Positions 1 through 13,773 are shown, numbered from the stretch's first letter. The stretch is 64,000 nucleotides of DNA from Octopus vulgaris (GCA_951406725.2 OX597820.1:95294001-95358000); one strand, 5' to 3'. Notes: generated from the sequence alone by a model not told the origin. Translations and numbers: made by a program.

Positions 1-1032
1 AGTATGCTGAGAGCAATCCCTTATATACAGGAGAGATGGCTCATTAGAGCCTAGGAAAAAGGGTGTCACGAGACCTTAACCAAAGGCCGTGATTAGTTGG
101 CTTTGGACAGTGGCGCAAAATAAGTAGAGACAAACCGCACCACATGTCAACCAATCAGATCAGTGGACACAACAGGAACAACCCAACCAAAGATGGCTGT
201 AATCTCAAGCGAGATCATTCCTGTTGTGTCTCTCAAACAGTGAGGATATCAGATACTGCTACATGTGCGTGTGTTTGTGTGAGTGAGTTTGTATTTCTCT
301 TTTCTTCTTTTGTGTTTGCTGGTTGTTATCAGTGGCCTCACTGACAATGTCATTTGTTTCTAGCTTTTCCAAGTTGTTTGTTGTTTCACAAATTGGGAGA
401 TTATCTTGCTTGGAAACAAATGCCATCTAACCATAAAAACTCTACTCTAATGTACTCTTGTCTGACACATGTAAGTTTGGAAAGTGGATATTAAACTGCT
501 GTTGTTTGTTTGAGAGTACAAGGTGAAAGTGGTTCACCAATAGATATCTCCAACGACGAGGACTCTGCACTTAAAGTAGAGCCCTAAGAAATTACTATAC
601 TTGTTAGTCTCAACAACAACCACTGGATTCCAGCTAGGCTATTTGCAGAGACTGAATTAATGGTTAATATCTTGCTTTATTAGCCACACAGATGGGACAG
701 ATTACAAAGTAGAGCTTTTCTTTTTTGGGGAGTGAAAAAAAAAAAAAAAGAGGTGGGGTAGGTTTTCGATCAAAAGGGATCGTAAAAGGGAAAGAAAAGA
801 AAAAAAAAACGATCAATAGGGATCGTGTATCACAGTGTCATGATGTAAAGTGTAAAGGGGGAAGCAGATAAGGTGGGAAGAAAATTATCCATGAGTCCTA
901 TTTCTGTTACTCTTCCCTTTATCATTTGTAGTCACTATGCTTCTTCTTTGACTAACTTATAGAAATTTTTTGAAAGACCACCCGTATTATCTTTACACAG
1001 TTACTTAAGTAACATCAATATTTCTAATATAG

Positions 1033-1152
1033 AGTTTGTCAACATCAGTTGCTGAGAAGTCCAGAAGAAAATTAAACTTTACATTTGACAAAGTGTTTCA
1101 GCCAGAAACAACTCAATCGGAGGTCTTCAATGAAATTTCCCAGCTTGTTCAG
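1033..1152 (+). CDS. KIFC1: Kinesin-14 (KIFC1/Ncd-like) internal exon; upstream exons lie outside the window
   Basis: AG at 1031-32 and GT at 1153. The 120 nt translate to SLSTSVAEKSRRKLNFTFDKVFQPETTQSEVFNEISQLVQ, containing the kinesin F.FD.VF motif. Confidence 0.88.
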
Positions 1153-1309
1153 GTATGATAGTATGTTATTGGAATTTGCAATTTGTTTTCTTTCTAAACG
1201 TCAAGTTTTATTGATTTCGTTTTCTTTTGTTTTACTAACATTGAAAATGATCTGATATGGTATTTTGAACTGGTATTGTTCATTTAATTTAAAAAGATGT
1301 TCAAAGCAT

Positions 1310-2740
1310 TATTATTTTTTGTTATTGTTATTATTTCATTTACACACAACAGATTAGACTGCTGGAAAAAATTCTTGATATTAGGCTACAAGTAACCTTA
1401 GATGCCAAGAATCTTCCTTAGTATCCTAGTTGCCCCTAATAATACTGTTTTCTGGAGCTGCACTAAACTAGGTGTTATGCCTATTTGCTCTATCCATCAG
1501 TTGAAACCTTCAGAATATTCCTATAACTACAGCAATACATTTTATCCCAACTTTCCATAGCCCCTGTAACTCAGCGACTCCCTAACACTTTGTTATTTTC
1601 TCTATACCTCTTGTATTGACTTTCACATCATTTGAAACTGTAAAGTTAATTACTTGGCACTTTCTATTCTCATTGTCTACCTTTACTAAATCAGTCCTTC
1701 TAGCTTCTATTAATCTGTCCGTTTGGATGTTAAAATCCCACATCTTACATTCTTTATTTTCTAACACTTTAGTATGTTCATTTTCATACCACTTATCAGT
1801 ATGATCAAATCCTAGTTTCCTACATAACTCCCGATGGATTATTCTCCCTAGGTTGCCATGTCTTTTCTTGTTTTCCTTCTGTGCCAGCATACTACATTCA
1901 CTAACTATGAGTAACACTTTCTTCTTTTGATTTACATAGCCTGTATTGGAAATCTACGTAACTTTTGTCTATCTTGGCTTTTATCCAGTTAGTCCTAAAT
2001 GCCTGATCTAACAGACTTTCTGTCTTCCTTTTCAGCCTTCCTTTCTGCAACTACAACCATGCCTCACTATTACTATTTTCTGAAACTATCTTTGGAAAAC
2101 TACTATGCAAAGTCTTGTCTTGCCAGTCAGATAATCTTGTTTCTTTTTTCTGGGTTTTAACTTCATTTGGTTTTTTTTGGTTTCCTTCTTTCCAACTCTT
2201 ACTTTATCAGCTTTCAATAAAATTTCCTCTCTGTTACTTACATAAGAGGCTATATCTACTCTAGCCAACTCTACACAGTCTTCTACTGATACTAAATCTC
2301 TACCACCTTCCTTTCAAGGTAAATACAATCTTGCTACTCCTGCTTTAGAATGAAGTCCTCCGTTCATTTTGAATTCCTTCCTTGTTCTTCTGTCTAGATT
2401 TACTAATTCAGATTTTGTCCAATCTACAAAAGCTGCTGAATACCTAAGTAATAATAACAGTCCAAGTATTTACAACCCTCACTAGATCTGGACCATTTAG
2501 CTTTCACTTCATTAACTTCCTCATTCTTCTGATAAGCTTCTTCTCAATTTTCTCATTCATTTCTGTAGTTAGTACTCTGTCATATTCTAATACTACTTAG
2601 ATACTTATAACTTTCTCCTCCCTTCAGTGATTTTAATGTCTGGATATCTGGTAATTGAATGCCTTTACTGCTGATTACCTGTCCCTTTTTTCTGACTAAT
2701 ATTGCATACTTATCTCTGCCAAATTCTATACCCATGCTTT
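1310..2740 (-). mobile_element. 5'-truncated, decayed R4/Dong-like non-LTR retrotransposon (RT end plus restriction-like endonuclease)
   Basis: Minus-strand fragments MGIEFGRDKYAILV...SYKYL and RHGNLGRIIHRELC...KWYE...WDFNIQTDRLIEARRTDLV. Frameshifted and flanked by (TAA)n-like tracts. Confidence 0.75.
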
Positions 2741-2784
2741 TATTATTACTGTTATTATTATTATTATCATCATCATCATCATTA

Positions 2785-3435
2785 GGGTGGCCAGCTGGCA
2801 GAATTGTTAGCATGCTGGGTGAAATGCTTAGCAGTATTTCACCCATCACTACATTTGAACTCAAATTCTGCCAAGGTCGACTTTGCCTTTCATCCTTTCA
2901 GAGTTGATAAAATAAGTACCAGTTGAACACTGGCGTTGATGTAATCGATTTGTCCCCACCTCCCCAAGCTACCCTTGTGGCAAAAATTTGAAATAAATAT
3001 TATCATTATTGTTATTATTAAATCTATGATCTGGGAGAATCGTTAGAGCATTGTAAAAATGCCTTGTATTATTTCTTAAGACTATATCTTTTGCATTCAA
3101 ATCTTGCTAAGGTCAGCTTTACTTTTCAGCTCTCCAGTCAATAAAATAAGATACCAGCCAAGTACTGGGGTCCCTGTAATCAACTAACTTTCTCCTGTAT
3201 TGAAATTTGAAACATTATTAAGGTGACAAGCTGGCAGAATTGTTAGCATGCTGGACAAAATATTTAGTGGCATTTCATTCATCCTTACACACTGTGTTCA
3301 GATTCTGCAGAGGTCGACTTTGCCTTTCACCCTTTCAGGGCTGATAAAATAAACAAGTACCATTTGAAGATTGGAGTCACTGTAATCGACTTACCCATCC
3401 CACGAAATTGTTGGCCTCATGCCAAAAATTGAAAC
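2785..3435 (+). mobile_element. Two tandem copies (2785-2995, 3220-3435) of a SINE family with a GGTCGACTTTGCCTTTCATCCTTTC core
   Basis: Shared core plus AAATAAGTACCAG. Other copies lie at ~37520-37700 (-) and ~54775-54950 (+). Confidence 0.7.
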
Positions 3436-3476
<41 letters not shown>

Positions 3477-4170
3477 ATAATTATTATTTAGGCAGCGAGC
3501 TAGTAGTCGGAAAAATTCTTTGCATTATTTCTTTTAGCTTTTTATGTTCATAGTTCGAATTGCACTGCGGTCACCTTTGATATCAAGAATTTTTGTATTA
3601 TAGAACCAGAGATAGCCACATGTGGTTTGATATCAAACTAATTAAATCTCTGTGCGTGTGTGTGTTCTTAGTGTAGAAAGTCTATTCTGTTGATTACAGT
3701 CTTTGTAGAAGGACGTACACTGTAAGTTTGTAATAATATTCTGTTGCAATAACATATGCTGAAAGATCTGTAAAACTGTAGGAGTTACTGGTTGTGTTGT
3801 TACATTCCTGTGTGTATTATCTGTGCTGGTTGTTGAAACTGTTGTCCACTATTAGGTAGAGCAGCTAACTAATTGCTGATTGGATAAAAATTCAATTGTA
3901 TTGTGCCAAATGTGTGAGTTAGTGTTACTGACATGCCATGGAAAAAGTTCACCCTTTATTCAGAGAGATTCACTACTGTAATTGGCCGCTACTTATCAAC
4001 CCCAGAGAAGCATAAGGTACAGTTGGTTTGGGTGATATTTGAACTCAGAACATAAGAGAACATAACTAAATACCACAAAGATATTTTGTTTGGTGCTCTA
4101 CCAATTTTTCCATCTATATTCCCTGCCATTCATCTCTATATTGTGTATATAAATTACTTTATTATTTCAG

Positions 4171-4344
4171 AGTGCGCTCGATGGCTATAATGTTTGCATC
4201 TTTGCATATGGCCAGACTGGTTCTGGTAAAACATTTACAATGGAAGGTGGTAATGTACAAGACGAAGAGACGATGGGTATGATTCCAAGAGCTACTATTC
4301 AGGTGTTTGAAACAGTTGAATTATTAGTTGAGAAAGGCTGGAAG
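4171..4344 (+). CDS. KIFC1: Kinesin-14 exon with P-loop
   Basis: ttcag acceptor and gtaagt donor. [26 protein letters not shown]...GMIPRA...GWK, 174 nt, phase 0. Confidence 0.95.
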
Positions 4345-4742
4345 GTAAGTTGCTATTTAAAAACCTGATACAGAAAAAAAAAATCTCACATATGAATCTT
4401 CTTGGTGAGCATTCAGAGTATATAACTGATTGTGAATATTGGTATGGTTTTTTTTTCTGTTAAATTATGCTGCCTTGTATTGTTTCAGCTGTTTCCTTAA
4501 TTGAGTCAGTTGTCTAATCCGGTGTATGTCATTTCAACAGTGATTGTCTATCTTCATTTGAAATTTTTGATTTGATATTCTCAGGTGTTCTTAATTTGAT
4601 TTGCTGTCTAGATCTGATCTACTAAATATCCCACTGGATGTTATGTGGTATCTAGTCCCTCTCTGACTACATAACTTCATCATTGTATCTCATCTCACAA
4701 TATTTTGGCTGGAATGAAGTTGTACTATATATATATATATAT

Positions 4743-5021
4743 GTTGCCAGCCTCGCCTGGCCTCTGTACCGGTGGCATGTAAAAAGCACCATCCGATCAT
4801 GGCCATTTGCCAGCCTCACCTGGCAACTGCGCCAGTGGCACATAAAAAGCACCCACTACACTCACGGAGTGGTTGGTGTTAGGAAGGGCATCCAGCTGTA
4901 GAAACATTGCCAGATCAGACTGGGCCTGGTGCAGCCTTCTGGCTTCCCAGACCCCAGTTGAACCGTCCAACCCATGCTAGCATGGAAAGCAGACGCTAAA
5001 CGATGATGATGATGATGATGA
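4743..5021 (+). mobile_element. (GAT)n-tailed RTE 3'-end repeat
   Basis: GGTTGGTGTTAGGAAGGGCATCCAGCTGTAGAAAC...AAACGATGATGATG. Same family at 12690-12931, 19041-19375, 20321-20855, 21417-21856, 26163-26292 and 31784-32186. Confidence 0.8.
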
Positions 5022-6892
5022 TATATATATATTATATTAACAGCTGTAAATTGAAAACTGGGTTTTTGAATTCATTTGTATCACCTACCTAGCTGTGTTG
5101 TAAGTAGTTGCTTCCTGGTCTTTTAATGTAGTTAGGTCATATAAACTATATTCTGTTTATACCCATTTCCTTGAATCTCAGAGGAAGAAGTATGTAAAGT
5201 TATCATTGGCAGGTTTAAATTTTAAATTTAGAAGGATGTTGCAGGCCTGGTTGTGGTTAAGTATATCTAGTTTGCAATGTATGATTTCTGATTCTGTCCT
5301 ATTGCATGGCACCATAGGCAAGTAGATGCAGGCTAAATGAGACCTTGTGAAAGAATTTGGTAGTTGGAAACAGTATAAAATCTGTTGTGCATATCATCAT
5401 CATGACTGTCATTTAGTGTCCACTATTCATTGGTTGCATGAGTCAGATGGAATTTGTTGAGGCAGATTTTCTTAGGTTGGATGTTCTTCTTGTCTTCATT
5501 TCTCATCTGTTTCCAAGCAAGGTAACATTTTTTGATAGCTAGCCATGTTTTTCATGAAAAGCTGGAAATGAATAACCTTGATGATGATTGATGATGATGC
5601 TCATTTACAACTATCAGATGATGTCTAGATAAGGTTACATGTGCGCATCTGGATTCTTTCAGTTTTGGTTAGGGCCTGTAGTAGAAAACACTTGCCCAAG
5701 GTGCAACTCCATGAGGTTGAACTGAAACCAAGACCATGGGTATTGTTAAATGTTGCAGTTATGAATTAAAGATATTTTTAAGCATTGGTACTTTGAATCT
5801 AAGAAATTATGAAATGTTTCTGCTATAAATTTAAGATGTTATTAAATGTTGCTGTCATGAATTTAAGATATTAGATACTCTGACACCCATGCAAGTATGG
5901 AAAGGTGGAGGACTTTAAAACAATGATGATGATTTTGATTTTATCAGAAATGAAATCTGTGACAGCCTATTTTGGTTTCTGTTTTAAATGTTTGAATGAC
6001 ATATGAAAAATGAGAGAAGTCTTAAGCTATATTTAATCAATAGGAAAAAGGTCAGGTTATTGATTTCTTCTTTAACTATTAAAGGACAAAGAATTGAAAA
6101 AAAAAAAAAGGAAATGAAAATTAAATAAAAAAAAAATGAACAGTAAAGCAGAATAAAGCAATTTTTATCATGGAAAATATCCTGGTAGCATTTAGACTGG
6201 AAGCAATTTTTAAGAAACATGTCTTGAGGGATAAAAATGCAGAAAAGTGTGTATGAAAAGTAATAAATGGCATTTTAATTTTCATTTGAATGAGGGAGGC
6301 AGATTATTTAAGATTTTTCATTCTTGATTTGTCAGTTGTAATATTATGGAAATTGTGTGTGTACTCAAATATCACAGCCATAAGTTTTAACTTTTACAAA
6401 TCTGTTTTGTCAAACCATTTGATAACATAAAAGGTAACAATTATTTACTCGATGTTTGAAAAACTTAATCAGTTAAGTAATAGTACACAGATGTGGAGGC
6501 ATTGAGGCTTGATGGTTAGGGTGTTGCATTCATGATCATAAAATTGTGGTTTCAATTCCTAGAATGAGTGATGCAATTGTGTCTTTGAGCAAAAACTTAA
6601 TTTCATGTTGCTCTATTTCACTCTGCTGGCAAAAATAAGTAACCTTGTGACAGACTGGCATCTTATCCAGAGGTGGGGGAATATATACACCACAGAATTA
6701 AAGAAATTGGTTTTATGAGCCTGTCTTGGGAAGGACCTTTTCGTATGTGTGTGTGTGTGTTAGCAAAAGAGATCGCTAGAATAAGTACTAGGCTTATAAA
6801 GAATAAGTCCTGGGGTCACTGCACTCGACTAAAGGCGGGTGCTCCAGCATGGTCACAGTCAAATGACTGAAACAAGTAAAAGAGAGTAAAGA

Positions 6893-6946
<54 letters not shown>

Positions 6947-7223
6947 GTATATGAATAATATGCTTACATTATAGGAATTTTAAAAATTTGAGAGAATTGA
7001 AGTAAATTTTTTTTTTATAGAGGAACTCAAAGTAGATAATGCTTTCAATAATAGCAAGTTGAATATTTGGTTAAAAAAACCCTTGGATGGAATAAAGTTG
7101 AAGGCTGCTTATGGGACCCAACCCACATCTGTGAACATGGCAACTGTGTCTGTTTCATTGTTAGCCATTAACTTTTTTCCATTCAAGGGTTTTTTAAGCC
7201 CATTATTCTACACACTATTTTAT

Positions 7224-7413
7224 GTGAGGGGTACTGAAAAGTTCCTGGCTTTGGGTAAAAGAAAATACAGGAGGATCAGTTGATTATGATTTTATTCAAC
7301 ATAATCCTCTCTCAGATTCACACACTTATTGCAGCAGTCTTACAATTTTTCTAAGCCCTCTGAAAGAACTTGGAAGTTTGGGCCTCCATCCAGGAACTTG
7401 GCAGCACCCCTTG
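7224..7413. mobile_element. Mariner-derived MITE
   Basis: Imperfect TIRs GAGGGGTACTGAAAAGTTCCTGG / CCAGGAACTTGGCAGCACCCCTT. Confidence 0.6.
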
Positions 7414-8811
7414 TGTGTGTGTGTGTGTATAAAGTTCATGTTCAGTTAAATGAAGGAAAGAAAATGCAGAGTTAAGATGATAATAATCATTTACTTTTAA
7501 AAAATTGGTAATCTTTACTTTTTACAGCTGTTTCCATTAGTGGTCAATAGGTAAATTACAAATTTATGCTTTAAATTTGCATGTATATGTTATGAGCATA
7601 ATTTCATCAGAGAAAGTTATACATTAAGATATTACATGTGGACCCTTCCATTCATGCAAGCAGACTAAATAAGTAGTTGTTAATTTTTATTGCTATGTGT
7701 GGCTTTTTTCCATTAAATTTTATTCAACAAAAATAATAGCAATATTTAAGAAAAACGTCTTTAAATGACGGTCTGACTGTCTTCCAAGCAAATGGGAAGC
7801 AGTAATTGAAGTAGATGGTAAATATTCTCTGGAATAATCATTTAAAGATGTTTTTGTTACATGTTGTTATTTTTATTGAATATAATTTGTTGAAAAAATG
7901 CCACAATAATCATGCACCAACCCAATAGATTAATTTCCTAAGTAATCATCCAAGATCAATTAAAAACGCATTAGTCTCTAACATTGGGAAAAGACTAACA
8001 TATCTAATGAAGATATATTCATGAAACATGCAGATTGTTATAACATGGCTCTAGCTAAAGCTGGATGTAGAGATAAAATATCATTGACTAAACAATATTG
8101 ATAAAGAGGATAGAATTAATTACAAGAGAACTAAAACTGAAAAGTTTGGTAATTGAATTGCAGCTAAAACTAGTAATAAAGATAAATGTAGAATTAATAG
8201 TTCCTCTATTAATAAACTGCTAATTGATAATGATAATAAACTCAAAATTAATATGAATCAACCTTGAAATAGTAAACATAATATAGTAAAATCTAATATT
8301 AAGTTACCTTATAAACCTAAGATTGATAATAAACAACCATTCAAAAGTTATTATTATTCTTATAGTGACAACATAAATACAGTAATATGAATAAACCAAC
8401 AATTACCTTGAATAACAACACCATTGATAATCCATATAATATATTTGTAATAGTGTAAACAAATCTTTTACTCCTTCCATTAACTTTACTGAATTAAAAA
8501 AACAACTACAAACTAATTATAATTCTGATGAACTCAATACGATTTGGTTAATTATTCTATATGCAATGTAAATTAAAACTAATTATATTTAAGTTGATAT
8601 ATAAGTCTATTTATGAGCATTTTAACACCGATAGCATATATAGTGAAATTATAAATTATAAAAATGTCAGAATTACCTTTAGCTTTACCCTTAACCTATT
8701 CTCAATTATATCATTCACTAATAATGGAAAATTAAATAAATTCTACTTAAATAGAGATATCCAAGATATTAATTCATTTCAACTTAAACCCAATCTCCCA
8801 ATCTTATACAA

Positions 8812-9190
8812 GGAAGGGAAGGAAGCACTCTGTCGGTTACGACGATGAGGGTTCCGGTTGATCCGAATCAACAGAACAGCCTGCTCGTGAAATTAACGTG
8901 CAAGTGGCTGAGCACTCCACAGACACGTGCACCCTTAACGTAGTTCTCGGGGATATTCAGCGTGACACAGAGAGTGACAAGGCCGGCCCTTTGAAATACA
9001 GGTACAACAGAAACAGGAAGTAAGAGTGAGAGAAAGTTGTGGTGAAAGAGTACAGCAGGGATCACCACCATCCCCTGCCGTAGCCTCGTGGAGCTTTTAG
9101 GTGTTTTCGTTCAATAAACACTCACAACGCCCGGTCTGGGAATCGAAACCGCGAGTCCGCTGCCCTAACCACTGGGCCATTGCGCCTCCA
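8812..9190 (-). mobile_element. tRNA-derived SINE with a 13-bp TSD
   Basis: Head TGGCCCAGTGG (A box) and GTTTCGATTCC (B box). TSD CAATCTTATACAA at 8799-8811 and 9191-9203. Near-identical copy at 58261-58645; partial or related copies at 52314-52576, 20897-21190 and 41280-41445. Confidence 0.9.
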
Positions 9191-10208
9191 CAATCTTATA
9201 CAATAATGCTAACAGCAATGGATTCCTGAACAACAGAAGGGAAATAACCCATTCTTAATTCCTTACTACCAATTCTTCTAATAAATAAACACAGACGGTT
9301 GTAAATGAATATTGTGACTGCAAAGTTAAAACTAATTGTAAATTTTAAAATTCATGTAAGACAGATAATGTACTCTACCAACGTACAGTAGAATCCTGGA
9401 GCAAAAAAAAATTATTATATAGGCTCTACCAAAAATAGGATTAAATTCAGTGTCTAGCCACCTACAGAGTTTTCAAAGTAGAGAAAAAATTAATTCCACC
9501 AGATTAAGTAAGTTCATATGGGATTTAAAGGATAATAACATTGAATTCAAAATTAAATGAGACATTATTTGTTCTGCAAGTTCTTATAGAACCTCAAGTA
9601 AGAATTGTGAACTGTGCACTGAAGAAACTTTTAGAATCCTTACTTTAAAAAAAAATTTACTCAGTCCATGGAAAGAAAAATGTATTTCTTGTATTCATAC
9701 AGCAAAATATGTGTTCTCTAAGTTTAAATAAAAAAAAAGAATAAATATTTAATTATATTATAGGATAACATAACTATAAAATATAGTATTAATAATAAAT
9801 TGAAATTTATACGACCCCTTTCATTTGAATAATCCTTCTGAACCCTTTAGAGTCATTAACTCTACTATTGTAATTCTCTTCCTCCCATGTATTTATGCAT
9901 TCCTAAATAATACTATAACACTTATATTACACATTATTTTTGGCTCCATAACCATACATTAATCACTATAATTTAACATTTTCTTAGAAATACTTATCAT
10001 CATTAAGCATATATATTTAATCATCATTTGTCTATATAACAAACTGAAATTAATATGTGCCCATTTATTGATGTTTTTTCAGAACCCTTTGGAGTTATTA
10101 TATCCACTCAAACAATTCTCTTCCCATATATTTATACATAAATACAACATTGACTATACAACTTATTGTTGCTTTTATTTCCTTACATCAATAACTATAT
10201 TTTAACAT

Positions 10209-10876
10209 CGTGACATACATTTGCCATTTAAATATGGCTAACCCCTAAGGGTGGATGCTACTGTAGTTTGTAGCCCCAGGAGGACACCTTCTCCAGCTGG
10301 CCATAGACACACTTTCTGTGCCCCATCAGTGTTTGCAAAGGGAAGCCATCCTTCCCGTCTTCAACTTATGATACACACGGACTCCAGTTTCTGGGTATTG
10401 ACCCGTCATCGGCATGTGACAATCACAGTTGTCGATGATAAGCAGGTTCCCTTCACAAACACTTATACTTTTTCCAGTATCGATAGACACTGATATCGAA
10501 AAAGTGTAAACAAGCAATAATAAATCTCAGAGCAAGTTATAAACTGTAGCAACAACACATCGTGACGTACATTTGCCATTTAAATATGGCTAACCCCTAA
10601 GGGTGGATGCTACTGTAGTTTGTAGCCCCAGGAGGACACCTCCTCCAGCTGGCCATAGACATACTTTCTGTTGAAGACGGGAAGGATGGCTTCTCTTTGC
10701 AAACACTGATAGGGCACAGAAAGTGTGTCTATGGCCAGCTGGCGGAGGTGTCCCCCTGGGGCTACAAACTACAGTAGCATCCTCCCTTAGGGGTTAGCCA
10801 TATTTAAATGCCAAATGTACGTCACGATGTGTTGTAGCTACTGTTTATAACTCGCTCTGAGATTTATTATTGCTTA
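10209..10876. repeat. Unclassified direct-plus-inverted (fold-back) element
   Basis: A unit at 10205-10364 is repeated at 10557-10670 and inverted at 10671-10875. Confidence 0.85.
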
Positions 10877-11050
10877 TATATTTTAACATATTTTTATAAA
10901 CTAATTTGGAAACTATACAGTTTATATAAATGTGTGATTATATGCATGATGTATATACGTATGTTTAGGTATGTGTATATTTGTGCATTTATGTACACAG
11001 CTATGTATATGCAAGCACATATGTGTGTGCGTATGTATTTATGTATATGC

Positions 11051-12015
11051 ATCATCATCATCATCATCATCGTTTAACGTCCGCTTTCCGCGCTAGCACG
11101 GGTTGGACGGTTTGACCGGGTCTGGGAAGCCAGGGGCCGCTCCAGGCTCCAGTCTGAATCTGGCAGAGTTTCTACGGCTGGATGCCCTTCCTAACGCCAA
11201 CCTCCACTCCGTGAGTGGATTGGGTGCTTTTTACGTGCCACCTGCACAGGGGCCGGAGGGTCCGGCATCGTCACGATCGGTTCAAGCATTTTAACGTGTC
11301 AGCGGCACGGGGGCAACGAGGTCCGGGGTACTTTGGGGATCGGGGTACTTTGGGGATCCAGGGTACTTTGGGGATCGGGGTACTTTGGGGATCCAGGGTA
11401 CTTTGGGGATCCAGGGTACTTAGAATGGGTAGGGGGTATGTGGAATTGCTGCAGAAAGCAGCCCGGGTCTTTGTAGTCACAGCATATCTCCAGAGATCTC
11501 GGTCCTTCGCCATTGCCTCAGTGAGGCCCAATGCTCTGAGGTCATGCTTGACCACCTCATCCCATGTCTTCCTGGGTCTACCTCTCCCCCTGATACCTTC
11601 AACTGTTTGGGAGTGGCACTTCTTCACACATCTCTCTTCATCCATCCGCAGCACATGACCATACCATCGCAAGCGTCGCTCTTGCACACCACATCTGATG
11701 CTTCTTATATCCAGCATTTCTCTCAGGATACTTACACTCTGTTTTGCGTGCACACTGACACTACACATCCAGCGGATCATGCTAGCTTCATTTCTTTCAA
11801 GTCTACGCATGTCTTCTGCAGTCACAGCCCATGTTTCATTACCGTGAAGCATGGCAGTTCGCACGCATGCATCATACAATCTACCTTTTGCTCTGAGGGA
11901 GAGACCTTTTGTTGCCAGTAGGGGTAGGAGCTTTCTGAACTTTGCCCAGGCTATTCGTATTCTAGTGGTGATACTCTCTGTGCATCCACCTCCGCTACTA
12001 ACTTGGTCTCCCAGA
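11051..12015 (-). mobile_element. 5'-truncated RTE-clade LINE (RT C-terminus, 3' UTR and (GAT)n tail)
   Basis: ORF 11271-11879: YDACVRTAMLHGNETW...LERNE...RRLRWYGHVLRM...RGRGRPRKTW. Confidence 0.88.
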
Positions 12016-13773
12016 TGTGTAAGTATGTATATGTGTGTGTATATATATATATGTATGTATATATATATATAAGAGTCTTTCTAATCTAATGTTGTGGTTG
12101 AGCTGTTTTGTTTGTTTATTAGTTATTATTATTATTACTATTATTAGTACTAGTATTGTCCCTTTGATCCCCTGGTCGACAGTTCGCTTATTATTATTAT
12201 AATTATTATTATTACTATTTTCAGCTTCGCCTCGTATTGCATATTATTTCTCCATACAGGGGTTTTTTTTTTTTTTTTTTTTTAAATGGCGGCCCATTTT
12301 CGCGGGGTTCTACTGTTCTTCTCTATCTATCTCTCTCTCTCCCTTTCTCACGTTGTCTGCCATTCCCCCCCCTTCCATTGCTAAGAGCATTTCTAAGCCA
12401 GCCCGTCAGTTCAACCTTCGTATATTCCCGGTGCACCCGCCCTTGCCCACCCCCACCACCAATACCGGATATCTCTATATTTTTGCTCCATCTATACCGG
12501 ATGTCGCTTCTCCCACCACCATTATAGGTGTCTACTCTTCGAACCCCCTCTTCAATACGCTATTTCACCATGCATTACCCCTCTCTTGATATCCTACGTT
12601 CTACTTGCCTAGAACCTGTCATCATTTCTCTGAACCACACCCCTCCCCACTGGTGCTCCCCTATATATTTCTGCCCCCCCCCCCCCACATAAAAGCACCA
12701 TCCGAACGTGGCCGATGCCAGACTCCTCTGGCACCTGTGCAGGTGGCACGTAAAAAACACCCACTACACTCGCGGAGTGGTTGGCGTTAGGAAGGGCATC
12801 CAGCTGTAGAAACACTGCCAGACTAGACTGGAGCCTGGGGCAGTCCCGAGCTCCCCAGACCCCGGTCGAAACCGTCCAACCCGTGCTAGCGCGGAAAACG
12901 GACGTTAAACGATGATGATGATGATGATGATACACACGTATGTATGTATGTATGTATATCTGTCTTTGTGTATCTGTATGTATGTATATGAATATGTACT
13001 CGTATGCATATATATATGTGAGTGTGTATGCATGTATGTATCAGAATAACCGTTGTGACTAAATACATTTCCTTCTGGAGATGCTATTGTGTGTACACAC
13101 TAGTTTAAAATTTCTTCAACCAATGGGAATTGATTGACTGATTTTGGATCTATATGTTTTTTTTAATATGTAAATGACTATGAATATATATGTATTTACA
13201 CATTTTATATATATATATGTTTATATCTCATAATTGGATAGTTTACTTCTAATTTACTTTTTTTACATTTATATTATTCATTTAATTTTATTTCCATTTT
13301 TCCATTTTTCACTTTGAAATTTATTCCATCTTATTCTTTACTTTACCTTATTACTCATTATATTCTAACTGATCTGTTAACCCTTGACCCACACATAACA
13401 ATAAAAATAATAACTCCTTATTTAGTCTGCTTGCATAAACGGAAAGGTCCGCATCTAATATCTTAATGTTTATCTTTCTCTGATGAAATTATGCACATAA
13501 CATATAAATGCAAATTTAAAGCATAAATCTGTAATTTACCCATTAAGCACTAATGGCTGCAAGAAATAAATATTATCAATTTTTTTAATAATGTATAATT
13601 ATTATATTCTTAGCTCTCCGTTTTAGTTCCTTCATTTAACTGAACATGAACTTTATTCTTAATATATACCTCTTGATTTATGGAAATTTCATTTCCCAAT
13701 ATTGCTAGGTATAAAACCAGTATTCCCTTGGATGCAGCCATCCTTTTACGAGATTAACTCATCCTCTAAGCTA

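Noticed and set aside
1-330. LTR-like sequence (also ~3600-3940)
   Set aside because: No paired LTR, PBS/PPT or TSD is visible in the window.
9550-9565. In-frame TGA in the PLE endonuclease as selenocysteine
   Set aside because: It aligns to a Trp position in a frame with other stops and frameshifts, so it is ordinary decay.
10717-10785. HDV-like ribozyme reading of the fold-back motif (hairpin followed by GGCTA)
   Set aside because: P1, P2 and P3 partners could not be identified by eye.
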